A stretch of DNA of 63,617 nucleotides, counting the filler. It is 7 parts of 7 records of this genome, joined end to end, with 100 filler letters (N's around TTAATTAATTAA, not from the genome) between each part and the next. Parts side by side here need not be neighbours in the genome. Positions count along the whole stretch, not along the records: positions 1 to 15,700 come from SRR20825019_1588; positions 15,801 to 26,130 come from SRR20825019_1589; 5 more parts are not named here. The stretch is one strand, 5' to 3'. The translations under genes were made by a program, and so were the position numbers. Below are positions 10,016 to 20,143 of the stretch, one piece after another. The notes under the pieces were generated by a model, which did no database searches, had not been told where the DNA came from, and saw nothing but the letters and a program-made list of their open reading frames with translations. Numbering within the stretch: position 1 is the stretch's first letter; the number at the start of each line of letters is the position of its first letter.

Positions 10016-13000
10016 TGAAAATCGCCGATTTCGATTTCGAAACCCTCGATACACCACCCGGGGCAGACAACCAACCCGATCTCCAGCCATTGGCAACAAC
10101 CGGCAGCATCACCGATCGGTTTGCGAAGATTGCCGCGGCTCATCCGCATCGCATCGCAACCCGCGATGAAACCGGCGAAATCAGCTATGCCGGACTGGAC
10201 CGCCAAAGCAATCGTATCGCGCATTTCATTGCCGGACTTAACCTGCCCGTCGGCTCGCTTGTCGGTGTGATGACCGGGCGCAACCGCCATTACATCGCAG
10301 CAACCCTTGGCGTCCTGAAGGCAGGCCTCGCCTTTGTGCCGCTTGATCCGAATGTGCCGCTGATCCGCCGCACCACACTGGTCCGCAATGCAGCGCTACC
10401 GCTGATCATATCCGAAGGCGCTCATATCGGCGATCTGCACCAGTTGCAGTGGCGCTGCAAAACCGTCACCGATATTCTATGCCTTGACCATGACGATATC
10501 GATACCCTGACGGAAAATCACGGCTCCCTGATGTCGGTCGAACTGTGGGATCATCTGGCGGGTGACGATGCCGACAACATTCTGGCGGGTGGCTGGAAAA
10601 GTGCATTCACCGGGCAACCAATTGCACAAAGTGCCATGGATGCCTTCGGGGCAAATGCGCGGAACAAGGTCGCCGGTCTGGTATCGCGCGATGCCCGTGT
10701 GCTTGAAATCGGCTGTGCGTCCGGCTTCACCATGAAACACGTCGCTCCCGTGGTCGGCACCTATGTCGCGACCGATCTGTCGCGCCGCAACGTCGAACGG
10801 ACCGAGGCCCTGGCGATCAATCTTGGCATGACCCATGTCATCGGTCGGCAGCTTGGCGCACATGATATCGATGTTTATGAACCGGGCTCATTCGACCTGA
10901 TCATTATGAACAGCGTCATCGAAAACTTCCCCGGCTACGGTTATCTGCGAACCGTCCTGGCAAAGGCAAAAAACCTGCTCGCCCCCGGCGGGGCCATTTA
11001 TCTTGGCAATGTCTGGGATGCGGATCGCCGCGATGATTACCTTGCCGATCTGGCGCAGTTTGCCCGTGACACGGCGGGCAAAGGCTACAACACCCGTCTC
11101 GATTTCCTCGAAGACCTGTTTGTCCCTCAATGCTTCCTTGAAGACTGGGCACGCGAACAGGGCGGCTTTGCCGCCAAACGATCCGCAATCGATGCGGACG
11201 GGTTCGACCCGGCCCCCTACACATTCGATTTCGTCCTGACAACGGATGCGGCCCAACAGCCCGCCCCGTCGCAAAAACGACGCCACGATCTGGCCGCCCT
11301 GAATGCCGCAAGTGATGCGCACACTGCAAGCATCACCAACGCAAACGATCTTGCCTATGTCCTGTTCACCAGCGGCACCACCGGCACGCCCAAAGGTGTT
11401 CAGATCGAACATGGCTCGGTTGTAAACCTGGCCCAGTCGGTTCTTGATACGCAGTTAAAACAGATCGGTGCCGATGATCCGGACCGCGTCCTGAACCTGA
11501 CCTGTATCGCGCCCTTTGCCTTTGACGGCTCCATCGTTCAGATTTTCGCCGCCATCCTGAACGGGCATTGCCTGAACATCACCGGATCGGCTACGCGAAG
11601 CGACCCCGAAGCCCTGCATAACCTGATGGTTGCCAACGCCATTGATCAGCTTGACGCAACGCCAAGCCTGTTTTCCCTGCTGCTCGACTACTGGGAAGAA
11701 AACAGGCTTTCCTGCCCGGCAAGGATGGTGGTTCTGGGCGGCGAAGCCGTGTCCACCCGAATGGTCGAACGTTTCTTTGCCCTGCCCGGCCAGACCGACC
11801 GCAAACTGGTCAATGCCTATGGCCCGACAGAATGCTGCGTTTCATCGGCGCAATATGTGATGACCGCGCACAACCATAAACAGATTCTGCCGCCCCCCAT
11901 CGGCAAGGCCATTCAGGGCGTTCATATTGAAATCTGCGACGATATGGGCCGTCCGTTACCCGATGGGGTTCCGGGCGAAATCCGCATTGGCGGTGCCGGT
12001 GTCGCGCGCGGCTATCTGAACGACCCGGCCCTGACCGCACAGAAATTTGTCACCGATCCCAACGGCAAACGGTTCTATCGCAGCGGCGATATGGGCCGAC
12101 GGCGCAGTGACGGTGAAATCATTTTCCTTGGCCGTGAAGACGGTCAGATCAAGGTCCGCGGCAACCGCATCGAACTGGGCGAAGTCGAACATGCCCTGCT
12201 CGCCCATCCCCATATCCGCCGTGCGGCCGTGGTGGCCCATGACCGTCACCAGAACGGCAATGTTGTTCTGGTCGCCTATGTCGTCACCGATGACGATGCC
12301 CATGCCGATTTCGATGTCGCGGCATGCCGGGCAAAACTTGAACAGGCCCTGCCGAACTATATGGTGCCCAACCACCTGATCACGATGGATGACCTGCCGC
12401 TGACCGTAAATGGCAAGATCGATCTTTCACGCCTTCCCATCCCCGAAAATACCGATCATGCCACAAGCACCACCGCAAAGCCGCTTGGCAGCGACCATGA
12501 ACGCACCGTTGCCCGCCTGATGGGCGAAGTCCTTGATTGCACTGTGGATGACGCCACCGCCGATTTCTTTGAACTCGGCGGTCACAGTGTTCTTGCGGTT
12601 CAGTTCCTGTCAAAAATCAACAAGGTTACCAACGTCAAAATCCCGCTCGGTGATCTGTTTACCTGTGCCTCGGTCGAAAAACTCGCCGCGCGCATTTCCG
12701 AACGCGAAAACGAAAGTGACGCCAAAAGCCCGATTGTCACTGTCAATGCTGCGGGTACCAAACCACCGATGATCTGCTTCCATCCGGTCGGCGGCAATGT
12801 GCTGTGCTATCAAAACCTTGCCCGTGAATTCGGCCCCGATCAGCCACTTTACATGGTCGAAGCCCAAGGCCTCGAAGAAGGCCAGAATTTGCAGCCAACG
12901 GTCGAGGAAATGGTGGCCGCCTACATGCCCGCCATCCGCGAAACCGTTCCCGACGGCCCGATTCATGTCATCGGATGGAGCTTCGGCGGATTGCTGGCGT

Positions 13001-13536
13001 TTGAGGCCGCCTTCCGCATGCAGCAGGCCGGCATTGATGTACGCAATATCATCCTGCTCGATGCGATTGCCGTGCCCGATGCGGTCCGTGCCATCCTGCG
13101 CAAGGGCGAGGCAGAATATCTTGCCGATATCTTTGCCGAGCTCGGCCTTGTCACGGTTGACGAATTGCGTCCGTTAACGCCTGAGGAACGCATCGACCTG
13201 TTGCTCGAACGCGGCAAGAATTGCGACCTTCTGCCCGACGAGGCAGATCGCGGCACCATGCGCCGCCTGCTCGCCGTGTTCCAGAATAACGCACTCGCCG
13301 CCGTCCATTATGTCCCGCCGAAAATTGACGGGATTGATGTCCTGCTGCTGCGTCCGACAACCGGAACCCGCGCCGCACCCAGCATCGAAGGCGATCAATA
13401 TAGCGGCTGGCAAAAGGTCGCGGGCGACAATCTGACCCTTGAATGGGTCAGCGGCACCCACGGATCGATGATGTTCGATCCCCATGTGATCGAAGTCGCC
13501 GAACGCATCCGCCTTCATATTGAAAAAAAGCTCTAA
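10015..13536 (+). CDS. Terminal NRPS module: A domain interrupted by a methyltransferase, then T and TE (TtcC-like)
   Basis: A2 LKAGLAFVPLDP, then SAM motif VLEIGCASG, then A3 FTSGTTGTPKG, NAYGPTE, YRSGD; T GGHSV; TE GWSFG. TAATG overlap with the upstream gene. Confidence 0.92.
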   Translation: MKIADFDFETLDTPPGADNQPDLQPLATTGSITDRFAKIAAAHPHRIATRDETGEISYAGLDRQSNRIAHFIAGLNLPVGSLVGVMTGRNRHYIAATLGVLKAGLAFVPLDPNVPLIRRTTLVRNAALPLIISEGAHIGDLHQLQWRCKTVTDILCLDHDDIDTLTENHGSLMSVELWDHLAGDDADNILAGGWKSAFTGQPIAQSAMDAFGANARNKVAGLVSRDARVLEIGCASGFTMKHVAPVVGTYVATDLSRRNVERTEALAINLGMTHVIGRQLGAHDIDVYEPGSFDLIIMNSVIENFPGYGYLRTVLAKAKNLLAPGGAIYLGNVWDADRRDDYLADLAQFARDTAGKGYNTRLDFLEDLFVPQCFLEDWAREQGGFAAKRSAIDADGFDPAPYTFDFVLTTDAAQQPAPSQKRRHDLAALNAASDAHTASITNANDLAYVLFTSGTTGTPKGVQIEHGSVVNLAQSVLDTQLKQIGADDPDRVLNLTCIAPFAFDGSIVQIFAAILNGHCLNITGSATRSDPEALHNLMVANAIDQLDATPSLFSLLLDYWEENRLSCPARMVVLGGEAVSTRMVERFFALPGQTDRKLVNAYGPTECCVSSAQYVMTAHNHKQILPPPIGKAIQGVHIEICDDMGRPLPDGVPGEIRIGGAGVARGYLNDPALTAQKFVTDPNGKRFYRSGDMGRRRSDGEIIFLGREDGQIKVRGNRIELGEVEHALLAHPHIRRAAVVAHDRHQNGNVVLVAYVVTDDDAHADFDVAACRAKLEQALPNYMVPNHLITMDDLPLTVNGKIDLSRLPIPENTDHATSTTAKPLGSDHERTVARLMGEVLDCTVDDATADFFELGGHSVLAVQFLSKINKVTNVKIPLGDLFTCASVEKLAARISERENESDAKSPIVTVNAAGTKPPMICFHPVGGNVLCYQNLAREFGPDQPLYMVEAQGLEEGQNLQPTVEEMVAAYMPAIRETVPDGPIHVIGWSFGGLLAFEAAFRMQQAGIDVRNIILLDAIAVPDAVRAILRKGEAEYLADIFAELGLVTVDELRPLTPEERIDLLLERGKNCDLLPDEADRGTMRRLLAVFQNNALAAVHYVPPKIDGIDVLLLRPTTGTRAAPSIEGDQYSGWQKVAGDNLTLEWVSGTHGSMMFDPHVIEVAERIRLHIEKKL

Positions 13537-14306
13537 CCCCAGAGCATGCTTGAGAGCAGGCTTGCCGGATCGAACTCCGTTTGATCCGGCAATGTCAGGC
13601 CAAGCCACCCCTGCGCACCGGGCCAGATGAGGGTGCGATACTGGCCGAAATTGGCATACCGCACCTCAAAACAGGCCCCCTTGCGATCAATTGATGACGG
13701 CGCGTAAAGTTCAAGCGGCGTCATCATCCCCGTGGTAATGGTCTTGGCCAGGCTTTCGCGCGCCACCCAAAGCAGGCAGGCCGCCCCGTGGTCGTCAAGA
13801 TCATGGGCACGGATCATGTCCCGCACGTCGGGGGCGATCCCGTCAAGAATTGCGGGCACATCCGTGATCGTCGGCAGATCGACATCAATGCCCAACGGAT
13901 GGGCACGATGAAAAACAAGGGCAACCGCAAACCGATCCGAATGCGACAGCGAAACCGACATGCCCTGCAAATCATCCCCGCCGCCAACAATTATCGGCTG
14001 ATCAAACACCCCCGATCCTATTTCAATCGATTGCGGATCAATCCCCGGAAAATACGCGCTCAACGCCGCCTTCGCCGCCAACCGTCCATGAATAAAACTT
14101 TTCCGGCGGCGATCATGCCGGAACCCCGCCAATCGGGTCTTTTCGGCGTCGTTCAACTGGCTTTCTGCCAGTGCGGTGCACCTGGCATCGTCAAGCCCCT
14201 CCAGATCAATAACCGCCAACACCGCGCGCAGGATATCGGACGGTGCAAATGTTCCTGTGCCTTTCGGGCGCTGGAACATAAGGCGATGGGTTGTGATCGG
14301 GAACAT
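13533..14306 (-). CDS. Sfp-type 4'-phosphopantetheinyl transferase
   Basis: Motifs GRLAAKAAL, SLSHS, GIDVD, WVARESLAK; convergent with the NRPS. Start may be a few codons downstream. Confidence 0.85.
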   Translation of the reverse strand: MFPITTHRLMFQRPKGTGTFAPSDILRAVLAVIDLEGLDDARCTALAESQLNDAEKTRLAGFRHDRRRKSFIHGRLAAKAALSAYFPGIDPQSIEIGSGVFDQPIIVGGGDDLQGMSVSLSHSDRFAVALVFHRAHPLGIDVDLPTITDVPAILDGIAPDVRDMIRAHDLDDHGAACLLWVARESLAKTITTGMMTPLELYAPSSIDRKGACFEVRYANFGQYRTLIWPGAQGWLGLTLPDQTEFDPASLLSSMLWG

Positions 14307-14340
14307 CCGGGTGGCCTTTTATGCATCATCAACAACAGAC

Positions 14341-14375
14341 AAAAAAGAATGCCCAAAGCACGCTTTGGGCATTCT
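14341..14375 (-). terminator. Intrinsic terminator after the DUF697 gene
   Basis: Perfect inverted repeat AGAATGCCCAAAGC-ac-GCTTTGGGCATTCT, with an A-run on the + side that gives a U-tract on the - strand. Confidence 0.8.
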
Positions 14376-14405
14376 CGAAATATGGTCTGAAAACCCGACG
14401 ATCAA

Positions 14406-14966
14406 TCAGGCTTTGGCGGTCGTTGCACCCGCTGCCGGTTTGGCCGTGGTTTTGCCGCCTTTGACAAATTCGGACGCCTTGCGTTTGCCGTCTTCGAATT
14501 CGTCCTTGAAACGACCCTTCATTTCATCGGCATCGAAATCATCAACCGTTCCGCCCTTGGCAAAGTGCCAGGCAAAAACACGCCCCAGCGCATAGGTGCA
14601 GGCACCAGCAAAGGTCGGCATTGCGACAACGCCAAAGATCGTGCCAACAACCGGAACCTTGCGAACCAGTGCCGCCGTTGCATAACCGACACCGGTCATC
14701 GGCAGGACCGTTGCAACTAGGGTCGAAATCGAACTCTTGATCGCGTTCTCAGAGAACGGAACACCGTAAATGTCGCAAAGCTTTGCAAGCATCCGCACCT
14801 GGATCGTGCTGCTGGTGGCCATTTCAAGGAACGGGATCGGGACAAGACCACCAACCGCAGCATAAACGCTATGACGATGGATGCAGTCACGGGACTGGGC
14901 ACGAATTTCATCCGCCTTCGCGACGGCCACTTCTTCAGTCTCTTCGATGGTTTCTGCTTCGCTCAT
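14406..14966 (-). CDS. DUF697/YcjF-like small membrane-associated protein
   Basis: GGLVPIPFLE...IQVRMLAKLCDIYGVPF...TYALGRVFAWHF pattern. Start MSEAET chosen for its RBS (AAGAGG). Confidence 0.75.
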   Translation of the reverse strand: MSEAETIEETEEVAVAKADEIRAQSRDCIHRHSVYAAVGGLVPIPFLEMATSSTIQVRMLAKLCDIYGVPFSENAIKSSISTLVATVLPMTGVGYATAALVRKVPVVGTIFGVVAMPTFAGACTYALGRVFAWHFAKGGTVDDFDADEMKGRFKDEFEDGKRKASEFVKGGKTTAKPAAGATTAKA

Positions 14967-15067
14967 TATCGCCTCTTGAATTTGTACCTGTAAGTTGATG
15001 GTCTGCACGCAAAATCTATTCTTCAACTTTACCTGAACTAACCTGAAGTAGCAACGTGCAACACCCT

Positions 15068-15700
15068 TTATTTGCTACCGGTTTTTGAAATTTCAGGCTG
15101 CCCTGCACTCTCACGTGTCGCGGCAGGTTCCATGTCGCTCTGTTTGACAACACCACCCCCGTCACCACTGGACGGATCAAACAGCGGGGCAATCGATTTC
15201 AGGACATCGCCGGCCGTTTTACCCGCCGTTGAAACATCCTCTGACGCGCCCGCTGTCGGGGCTGTCGGTTTCATCGACGGTGTTACCGGCGGTGTGGCCG
15301 AATTTGCCGCGCCGGGGCGCGCGCGTTTGTCCGACGGATCGACCGGGGCACGAACGCCCGGCGAAATCGCATTTTGCGGCGCGATTTCCTGCGACCGCGC
15401 ATTAAGCGCCCCGGAATTCGGCAGGCTTTCCGCCGTATCGTTCACAAGCTCCGCCCCCGAATCTGAATCCGTGGTGCTGGCCGTCGGCGAATCTGCGGTA
15501 TTGAGGATCACGGGCAGGCCATCTTTGCCGCCAATGATGATCGTCTTGCTGTTTTTCGATGTCGCAAGCGTCATGGTGGCTTCGATACCGCGCAGGCGAA
15601 GATATTCCTCGGTAATCGTTTTGGCGACGATATCCTGGAATTCCCGAATACCTTCCGCCTCGATCTTCTTGCGTTCCTTTTCCTTTTCCTCGCGCGCCAG
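15068..15700 (-). CDS. Prohibitin/SPFH-family protein, C-terminal part (truncated by gap), with a long low-complexity tail
   Basis: Read from the contig edge: LAREEKEKERKKIEAEGIREFQDIVAKTITEEYLRLRGIEATMTLATSKNSKTIIIGGKDGLPVIL, typical of a bacterial prohibitin C-terminus. Confidence 0.75.
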   Translation of the reverse strand: MAREEKEKERKKIEAEGIREFQDIVAKTITEEYLRLRGIEATMTLATSKNSKTIIIGGKDGLPVILNTADSPTASTTDSDSGAELVNDTAESLPNSGALNARSQEIAPQNAISPGVRAPVDPSDKRARPGAANSATPPVTPSMKPTAPTAGASEDVSTAGKTAGDVLKSIAPLFDPSSGDGGGVVKQSDMEPAATRESAGQPEISKTGSK

Positions 15701-15800
15701 NNNNNNNNNNNNNNNNNNNNNNNNNNNNNNNNNNNNNNNNNNNNTTAATTAATTAANNNNNNNNNNNNNNNNNNNNNNNNNNNNNNNNNNNNNNNNNNNN
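15701..15800. other. Artificial contig spacer; the same spacer is at 26131-26230, 36706-36805, 44834-44933, 50967-51066 and 58199-58298
   Basis: N-runs flanking TTAATTAATTAA, a linker with stops in all six frames; genes are truncated on either side. Confidence 0.98.
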
Positions 15801-16325
15801 GCCCTGCCAGTCATCCCAGGCGCGGGCCGCGCGCATCCAGGCGTCGATCCGGGCATGCACTTCCGGGTCGCTCCAGTGGCCGGCGACGACCTTGCGGCCA
15901 AGCCGCATACGGGTGTGGATGAAGCCCGCCTCGCGGTCGCCATGGGCGGCCTGGTTCAGGTTCATGTAGTCCATGTCGATCGTATCCCACGGCAGTTCGC
16001 GGGCATATTGGGTATGGAGATGCAGAAACGGCTTGTTGAGCTGCGATAGCCCGCGGATCCACATTTTCGACGGGGAGAAGGTGTGCATCCACAGGATCAG
16101 CCCGCCGCATTCGGGATCGGAATTGGCGCGGATCATCAGTTCGGTCGCCTCGGCCGGGCTCTTGACCACCGGCTGCGGCACGATCTCGAGCGGCAGATTG
16201 CCGTCCTTCGACAGCGCGTCGGCGATCGCGGTGAACTGCGCGTCGACTTCCGCCAGCGTCTCGGGGCCGTAGAGATGCTGCGAGCCGCAGACAAACCAGA
16301 TCTTCAGGGGTTTCAGGCCAATCAT
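15801..16325 (-). CDS. araA: L-arabinose isomerase, N-terminal part (truncated by gap)
   Basis: [42 protein letters not shown] before ATG 16325. Confidence 0.93.
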
Positions 16326-16423
16326 GGGTATCCTCCGGAAAATGAGCGCGTCCAGGAAAAGCGGGTGTCGGCTTTCCGTCCGGACGCGCATGAAAACAAA
16401 TGGACGCGCGGCGCTGGCGCCTG

Positions 16424-18085
16424 TTATGCGGTTCTAACCCTGTCGCGGATATCGATCAGGTCCTTCATGATCTTCGACAGGTCTGAATCGCGGGTAATGC
16501 CGCCGAAACCGTCATGCAGCGTCAGGTAGAGGCCGTAGAGTTCCTCGTAGATCGCGACGTTTTCGGGTATCGGGTCGTAGCGGATATCCTTCAGCCCGGT
16601 CATCGCCCGTGTCGTTGCCTTGATGCCGTCATGGGCGCCGGCAACGGAGGCGGCGGCCACGGCCGCTCCCAGCGCGCAGGTCTGCGCCGAGCGGGCGACG
16701 AGCATGGTCCGGTTCATGACATCGGCGTAGATCTGCATCAGCATCGGATTTTTCTCGGCAATGCCGCCGGCGCAGACGACCTTGTCGATCGGTACGCCGT
16801 AATCGGTCATGCGCTCGACGATGGCGCGCGCGCCGAAGGCGGTCGCCTCGACAAGCGCGCGGTAGATTTCGGCCCGGGTCGAATACAGCGTCTGGCCAAG
16901 GAGAACGCCGGTCAGGCGCTGGTCGACGAGGATGGTACGGTTGCCGTTGTTCCAGTCGAGCGCCAGCAGCCCGCTCTGCCCGGCCTTCATCGCCTCGGCC
17001 TCGCGCGAGAGCTGTTCGTGGAGTGCGGCACCACCCTCGCAGACGCGTTCGACCCACCATTTGAAGATGTCGCCGACGGCGGACTGTCCGGCCTCGATGC
17101 CGTAAAAGCCGGGCAGGATCGAGCCTTCGACAATGCCGCAAAGGCCCGGAATGGTGTCCGATTTCGTGAGGTCGACGATTGCGCAGTCGCAGGTGGAGGT
17201 GCCGATGACCTTGACCAGCATGCCCTCCTCGATGCCGCAGCCGATCGAGCCGAGATGATTGTCGAACGCGCCGGTGGCGATCGCGATGCCCTCCGGCAGG
17301 CCGAGCTTTTCGGCCCATTCGGGAGAGAGCGTACCGGCGGGGACCGAAATGTCCTGGGCGGTGTCGTAAAGCCGGTCGCGCAGCTCCGCGATCGCGGGAT
17401 CGAGCATGCTCAGGAACGCCTTGTCCGGCAGGCCGCCCCATTTGGAATTGTAGAGGCCCTTGTGGCCGGCCGCGCAGACGCCGCGTTTGATATCGGCGGG
17501 GGCCTTGACGCCGGCAAGCACCGAGGGGATCCAGTCGGCAAGCTCCACCCAGGAATGGGCGGCGTCGAACACGGCGCGGTCGACATTCAGGCAGTGCCAG
17601 ATCTTCGACCACCACCATTCCGAAGAGTAAGTATCGCCGACCATGGCGAGGTAATGCGGCCGTTCGGCCTTGCCGAGGGCGGTGATCTTCTCCGCCTCGC
17701 GCCAGCTTGTATGGTCCTTCCACAGCCAGCAGAAGGCGTTGAGATTGTCGGTGAAATCCGGGTCCATCGCCAGCGCGCCGTTTTCGGCGTTGACCGGCAG
17801 CGGGCTGGAGCCGGTGGTATCCACGCCGATGCCGATCACTTTCGAGACGTCGAATTTTTCATGCCGGGTCGCCTGCTGCAGCGCGCCGCGAATGCTTGCT
17901 TCCAGGCCCTGCAGATAGCCGGCGGGGCTCTGGCGGGCGAGCAGCGGATCGTCGGCGTCGAGCAGCACGCCCTGATCGCCGCTGGGATAATCGAAGACAT
18001 GGGTGCCGTATTCAAACCCGTCATCGCAGCCGACGACCAGAGCGCGCACCGAGTTTGTGCCGTAATCGATACCGATGGAGAACAT
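16424..18085 (-). CDS. araB: Ribulokinase (FGGY family)
   Basis: [53 protein letters not shown]; adjacent to araA. Confidence 0.92.
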   Translation of the reverse strand: MFSIGIDYGTNSVRALVVGCDDGFEYGTHVFDYPSGDQGVLLDADDPLLARQSPAGYLQGLEASIRGALQQATRHEKFDVSKVIGIGVDTTGSSPLPVNAENGALAMDPDFTDNLNAFCWLWKDHTSWREAEKITALGKAERPHYLAMVGDTYSSEWWWSKIWHCLNVDRAVFDAAHSWVELADWIPSVLAGVKAPADIKRGVCAAGHKGLYNSKWGGLPDKAFLSMLDPAIAELRDRLYDTAQDISVPAGTLSPEWAEKLGLPEGIAIATGAFDNHLGSIGCGIEEGMLVKVIGTSTCDCAIVDLTKSDTIPGLCGIVEGSILPGFYGIEAGQSAVGDIFKWWVERVCEGGAALHEQLSREAEAMKAGQSGLLALDWNNGNRTILVDQRLTGVLLGQTLYSTRAEIYRALVEATAFGARAIVERMTDYGVPIDKVVCAGGIAEKNPMLMQIYADVMNRTMLVARSAQTCALGAAVAAASVAGAHDGIKATTRAMTGLKDIRYDPIPENVAIYEELYGLYLTLHDGFGGITRDSDLSKIMKDLIDIRDRVRTA

Positions 18086-18158
18086 TCGTGCCTCGCCTAA
18101 ACCATTCGTTTTTTATCGGATCTCCGGCGACCGATCGCCGGAAATCGTCCTGTTGTTG

Positions 18159-19130
18159 TCAATGCGTCGCCGTCCGGTCCATAGTCAACCGGAGCAGGCC
18201 TTTTTGCAGCAGGATGAAGAGCAGCAGCAAGACGCCGATGGCGATCTTGGTCCACCAGCTCGACAGCGTGCCGTCGAAGACGATGTAGGTCTGGATCAGG
18301 CCCATGGTCAGGACACCGAACAAGGTCCCGAAGACATAGCCCGCGCCCCCCGTCAGAAGCGTGCCGCCAATGACGACGGTGGCAATCGCCGTCAGTTCCG
18401 TGCCGACGGTCGCCAGCGGATAGCCCGAGCCGGTGTAGATCGCGAACACGATGCCGGAAAGCCCGGCCATGAACCCGGAAAAGGCATAGATCGAGACCGT
18501 GGTGTGCCCGATCCGCGATCCCATCAGTCGCGCCGTCTGCTCGCCGCCGCCCAGCGCGAACACATTGGCGCCGAACCGGGTCTTGTGGGCGACGACATGA
18601 CCGACGACGAAGGCGAGCAGCATGACGATGCCGATCAGCGTGAGCCGACCCTTGCCGGGCATGACCCAGTAGGTCTTCTGCAGCATGTCGAAAAACGGAT
18701 TGTCGATCGGCACGGAATCGATGGTCAGCATGTAGGCGACGCCGCGCGCCAGAAACATGCCGGCAAGGGTGACGATGAAGGCCGGCATGCCGAGCGTATA
18801 TATCAGCCAGCCCATGGCCGCGCCGAAGGCCGTGGTGACGACCAGCAGCAGCGCGAATACCACCAGCGGATGAAGCCCGGTATCGCGCAGCAGCACCGAG
18901 ATGAACACGCCCGAAAACGCGATCACGGATCCAACCGAGAGATCGATGCCGCCCGACAGGATCACCACCGTCATGCCGACGGCGACGATGCCGAGATAGG
19001 CGTTGTCGGTGAGCAGATTGCCGGCGACCCGGGTCGACAGCATGAACGGGAACTGGATGTAGCAGATCGCATAGGCGACGATGAAGATCGCAATCGTTGC
19101 ATAGAGCGGGTAGAGGCGTGGATTTTTCAT
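18159..19130 (-). CDS. yjfF: Sugar ABC transporter permease, YjfF-like
   Basis: GMTVVILSGGIDLSVGS, PAFIVTLAGMFLARG, VVIGGTLLTGG. Start MKNPRL overlaps the ytfT stop. Confidence 0.85.
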   Translation of the reverse strand: MKNPRLYPLYATIAIFIVAYAICYIQFPFMLSTRVAGNLLTDNAYLGIVAVGMTVVILSGGIDLSVGSVIAFSGVFISVLLRDTGLHPLVVFALLLVVTTAFGAAMGWLIYTLGMPAFIVTLAGMFLARGVAYMLTIDSVPIDNPFFDMLQKTYWVMPGKGRLTLIGIVMLLAFVVGHVVAHKTRFGANVFALGGGEQTARLMGSRIGHTTVSIYAFSGFMAGLSGIVFAIYTGSGYPLATVGTELTAIATVVIGGTLLTGGAGYVFGTLFGVLTMGLIQTYIVFDGTLSSWWTKIAIGVLLLLFILLQKGLLRLTMDRTATH

Positions 19131-20143
19131 TCGCCCGCCCCTTGCGCGTTTCTGCGGCCGAGCAGGTTCTGCCGGAGATATTTCAGGTCGCCGGTGATGT
19201 TGGGCGATTGCAGCACCAGGATGAAGATCACCAGCACCGCCTTGATCACGAGATTGTATTCGGACGGGAAGCCGGCCAGCAGAATGCCGGTGTCGATGGT
19301 CTGGATGATCATTGCCCCGATGACCGCCGCCGAGATCGAGAACCGCCCGCCCATCAGCGAATTGCCGCCGATGACGGTTGCCAGCACCGCGTCGAGCTCG
19401 AGCCACAGCCCGGCATTGTTGGCGTCGGCCCCGCGGATATCGGCGGTGATGATGATGCCGGCGAGAGCCGCGCAGAAGCCGGACGCCATGTAGACGGCGA
19501 TCAGCAATACCCGGGCATTGATGCCGGCAAGGGCGCTAGCCCGCCGGTTGACGCCGATCGCCTCGATCAGCAGCCCGAGCGCGGTGCGCCGGACGAGCAC
19601 GATGGCAAGCGCTGTCGTCAGCACCCAGATCCAGACGGGCACGGGGATGCCGAGAACAACGCCGGAGCCGAGAAAGGCAAAGCCCGGCAGGTTGAAGGTC
19701 AGGATCCGCCCCTCGGTGATGAGCTGGGCGATGCCGCGCCCGGAGATCATCAGGATCAGGGTGGCGACGATCGGCTGGATGCCGATGAAGGCGACCAGCA
19801 CGCCGTTGAAGAGGCCAGCCAGAAGACCCGTGATGATTGCCATGGCGATCGCTGCGGCTATGCCATAGCCGGCGCCGATGGTGGCGGCCGCCATCGCGCC
19901 GGTGATCGCGATCACGGTGCCGACGGAAAGGTCGATGCCGCGGGTGGCGACCACCAGCGTCATGCCGATTGCCAGAAGTGCGACCGGCGCGCCGCGTTTC
20001 AGCACATCGACCACCGGCCCGACGAAGCGTCCGCCCGAATATTCGACCTGGAGGAAGCTCGGGAAGAACAGGCTGACGAGAGCCACCAGAACCGCAAGCG
20101 TGATCAGCTGCGGAATGACGCGTTTCAGTCCGGCGGGCATCAC
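19127..20143 (-). CDS. ytfT: Sugar ABC transporter permease, YtfT-like
   Basis: GMTLVVATRGIDLSVG, IQPIVATLILM, ADANNAGLWLELDA. Confidence 0.85.
   Translation of the reverse strand: MMPAGLKRVIPQLITLAVLVALVSLFFPSFLQVEYSGGRFVGPVVDVLKRGAPVALLAIGMTLVVATRGIDLSVGTVIAITGAMAAATIGAGYGIAAAIAMAIITGLLAGLFNGVLVAFIGIQPIVATLILMISGRGIAQLITEGRILTFNLPGFAFLGSGVVLGIPVPVWIWVLTTALAIVLVRRTALGLLIEAIGVNRRASALAGINARVLLIAVYMASGFCAALAGIIITADIRGADANNAGLWLELDAVLATVIGGNSLMGGRFSISAAVIGAMIIQTIDTGILLAGFPSEYNLVIKAVLVIFILVLQSPNITGDLKYLRQNLLGRRNAQGAGE

Noticed and set aside
15745-15756. TTAATTAATTAA repeated six times
   Set aside because: Always embedded in N-runs; an artificial six-frame-stop linker, not a biological repeat.
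16514-18100. Long antisense ORFs (also 18075-19493, 28214-29788, 33855-35711, 37339-38634, 46921-48972, 54050-56056)
   Set aside because: Shadow ORFs opposite well-supported genes in GC-rich DNA; no recognisable motifs.
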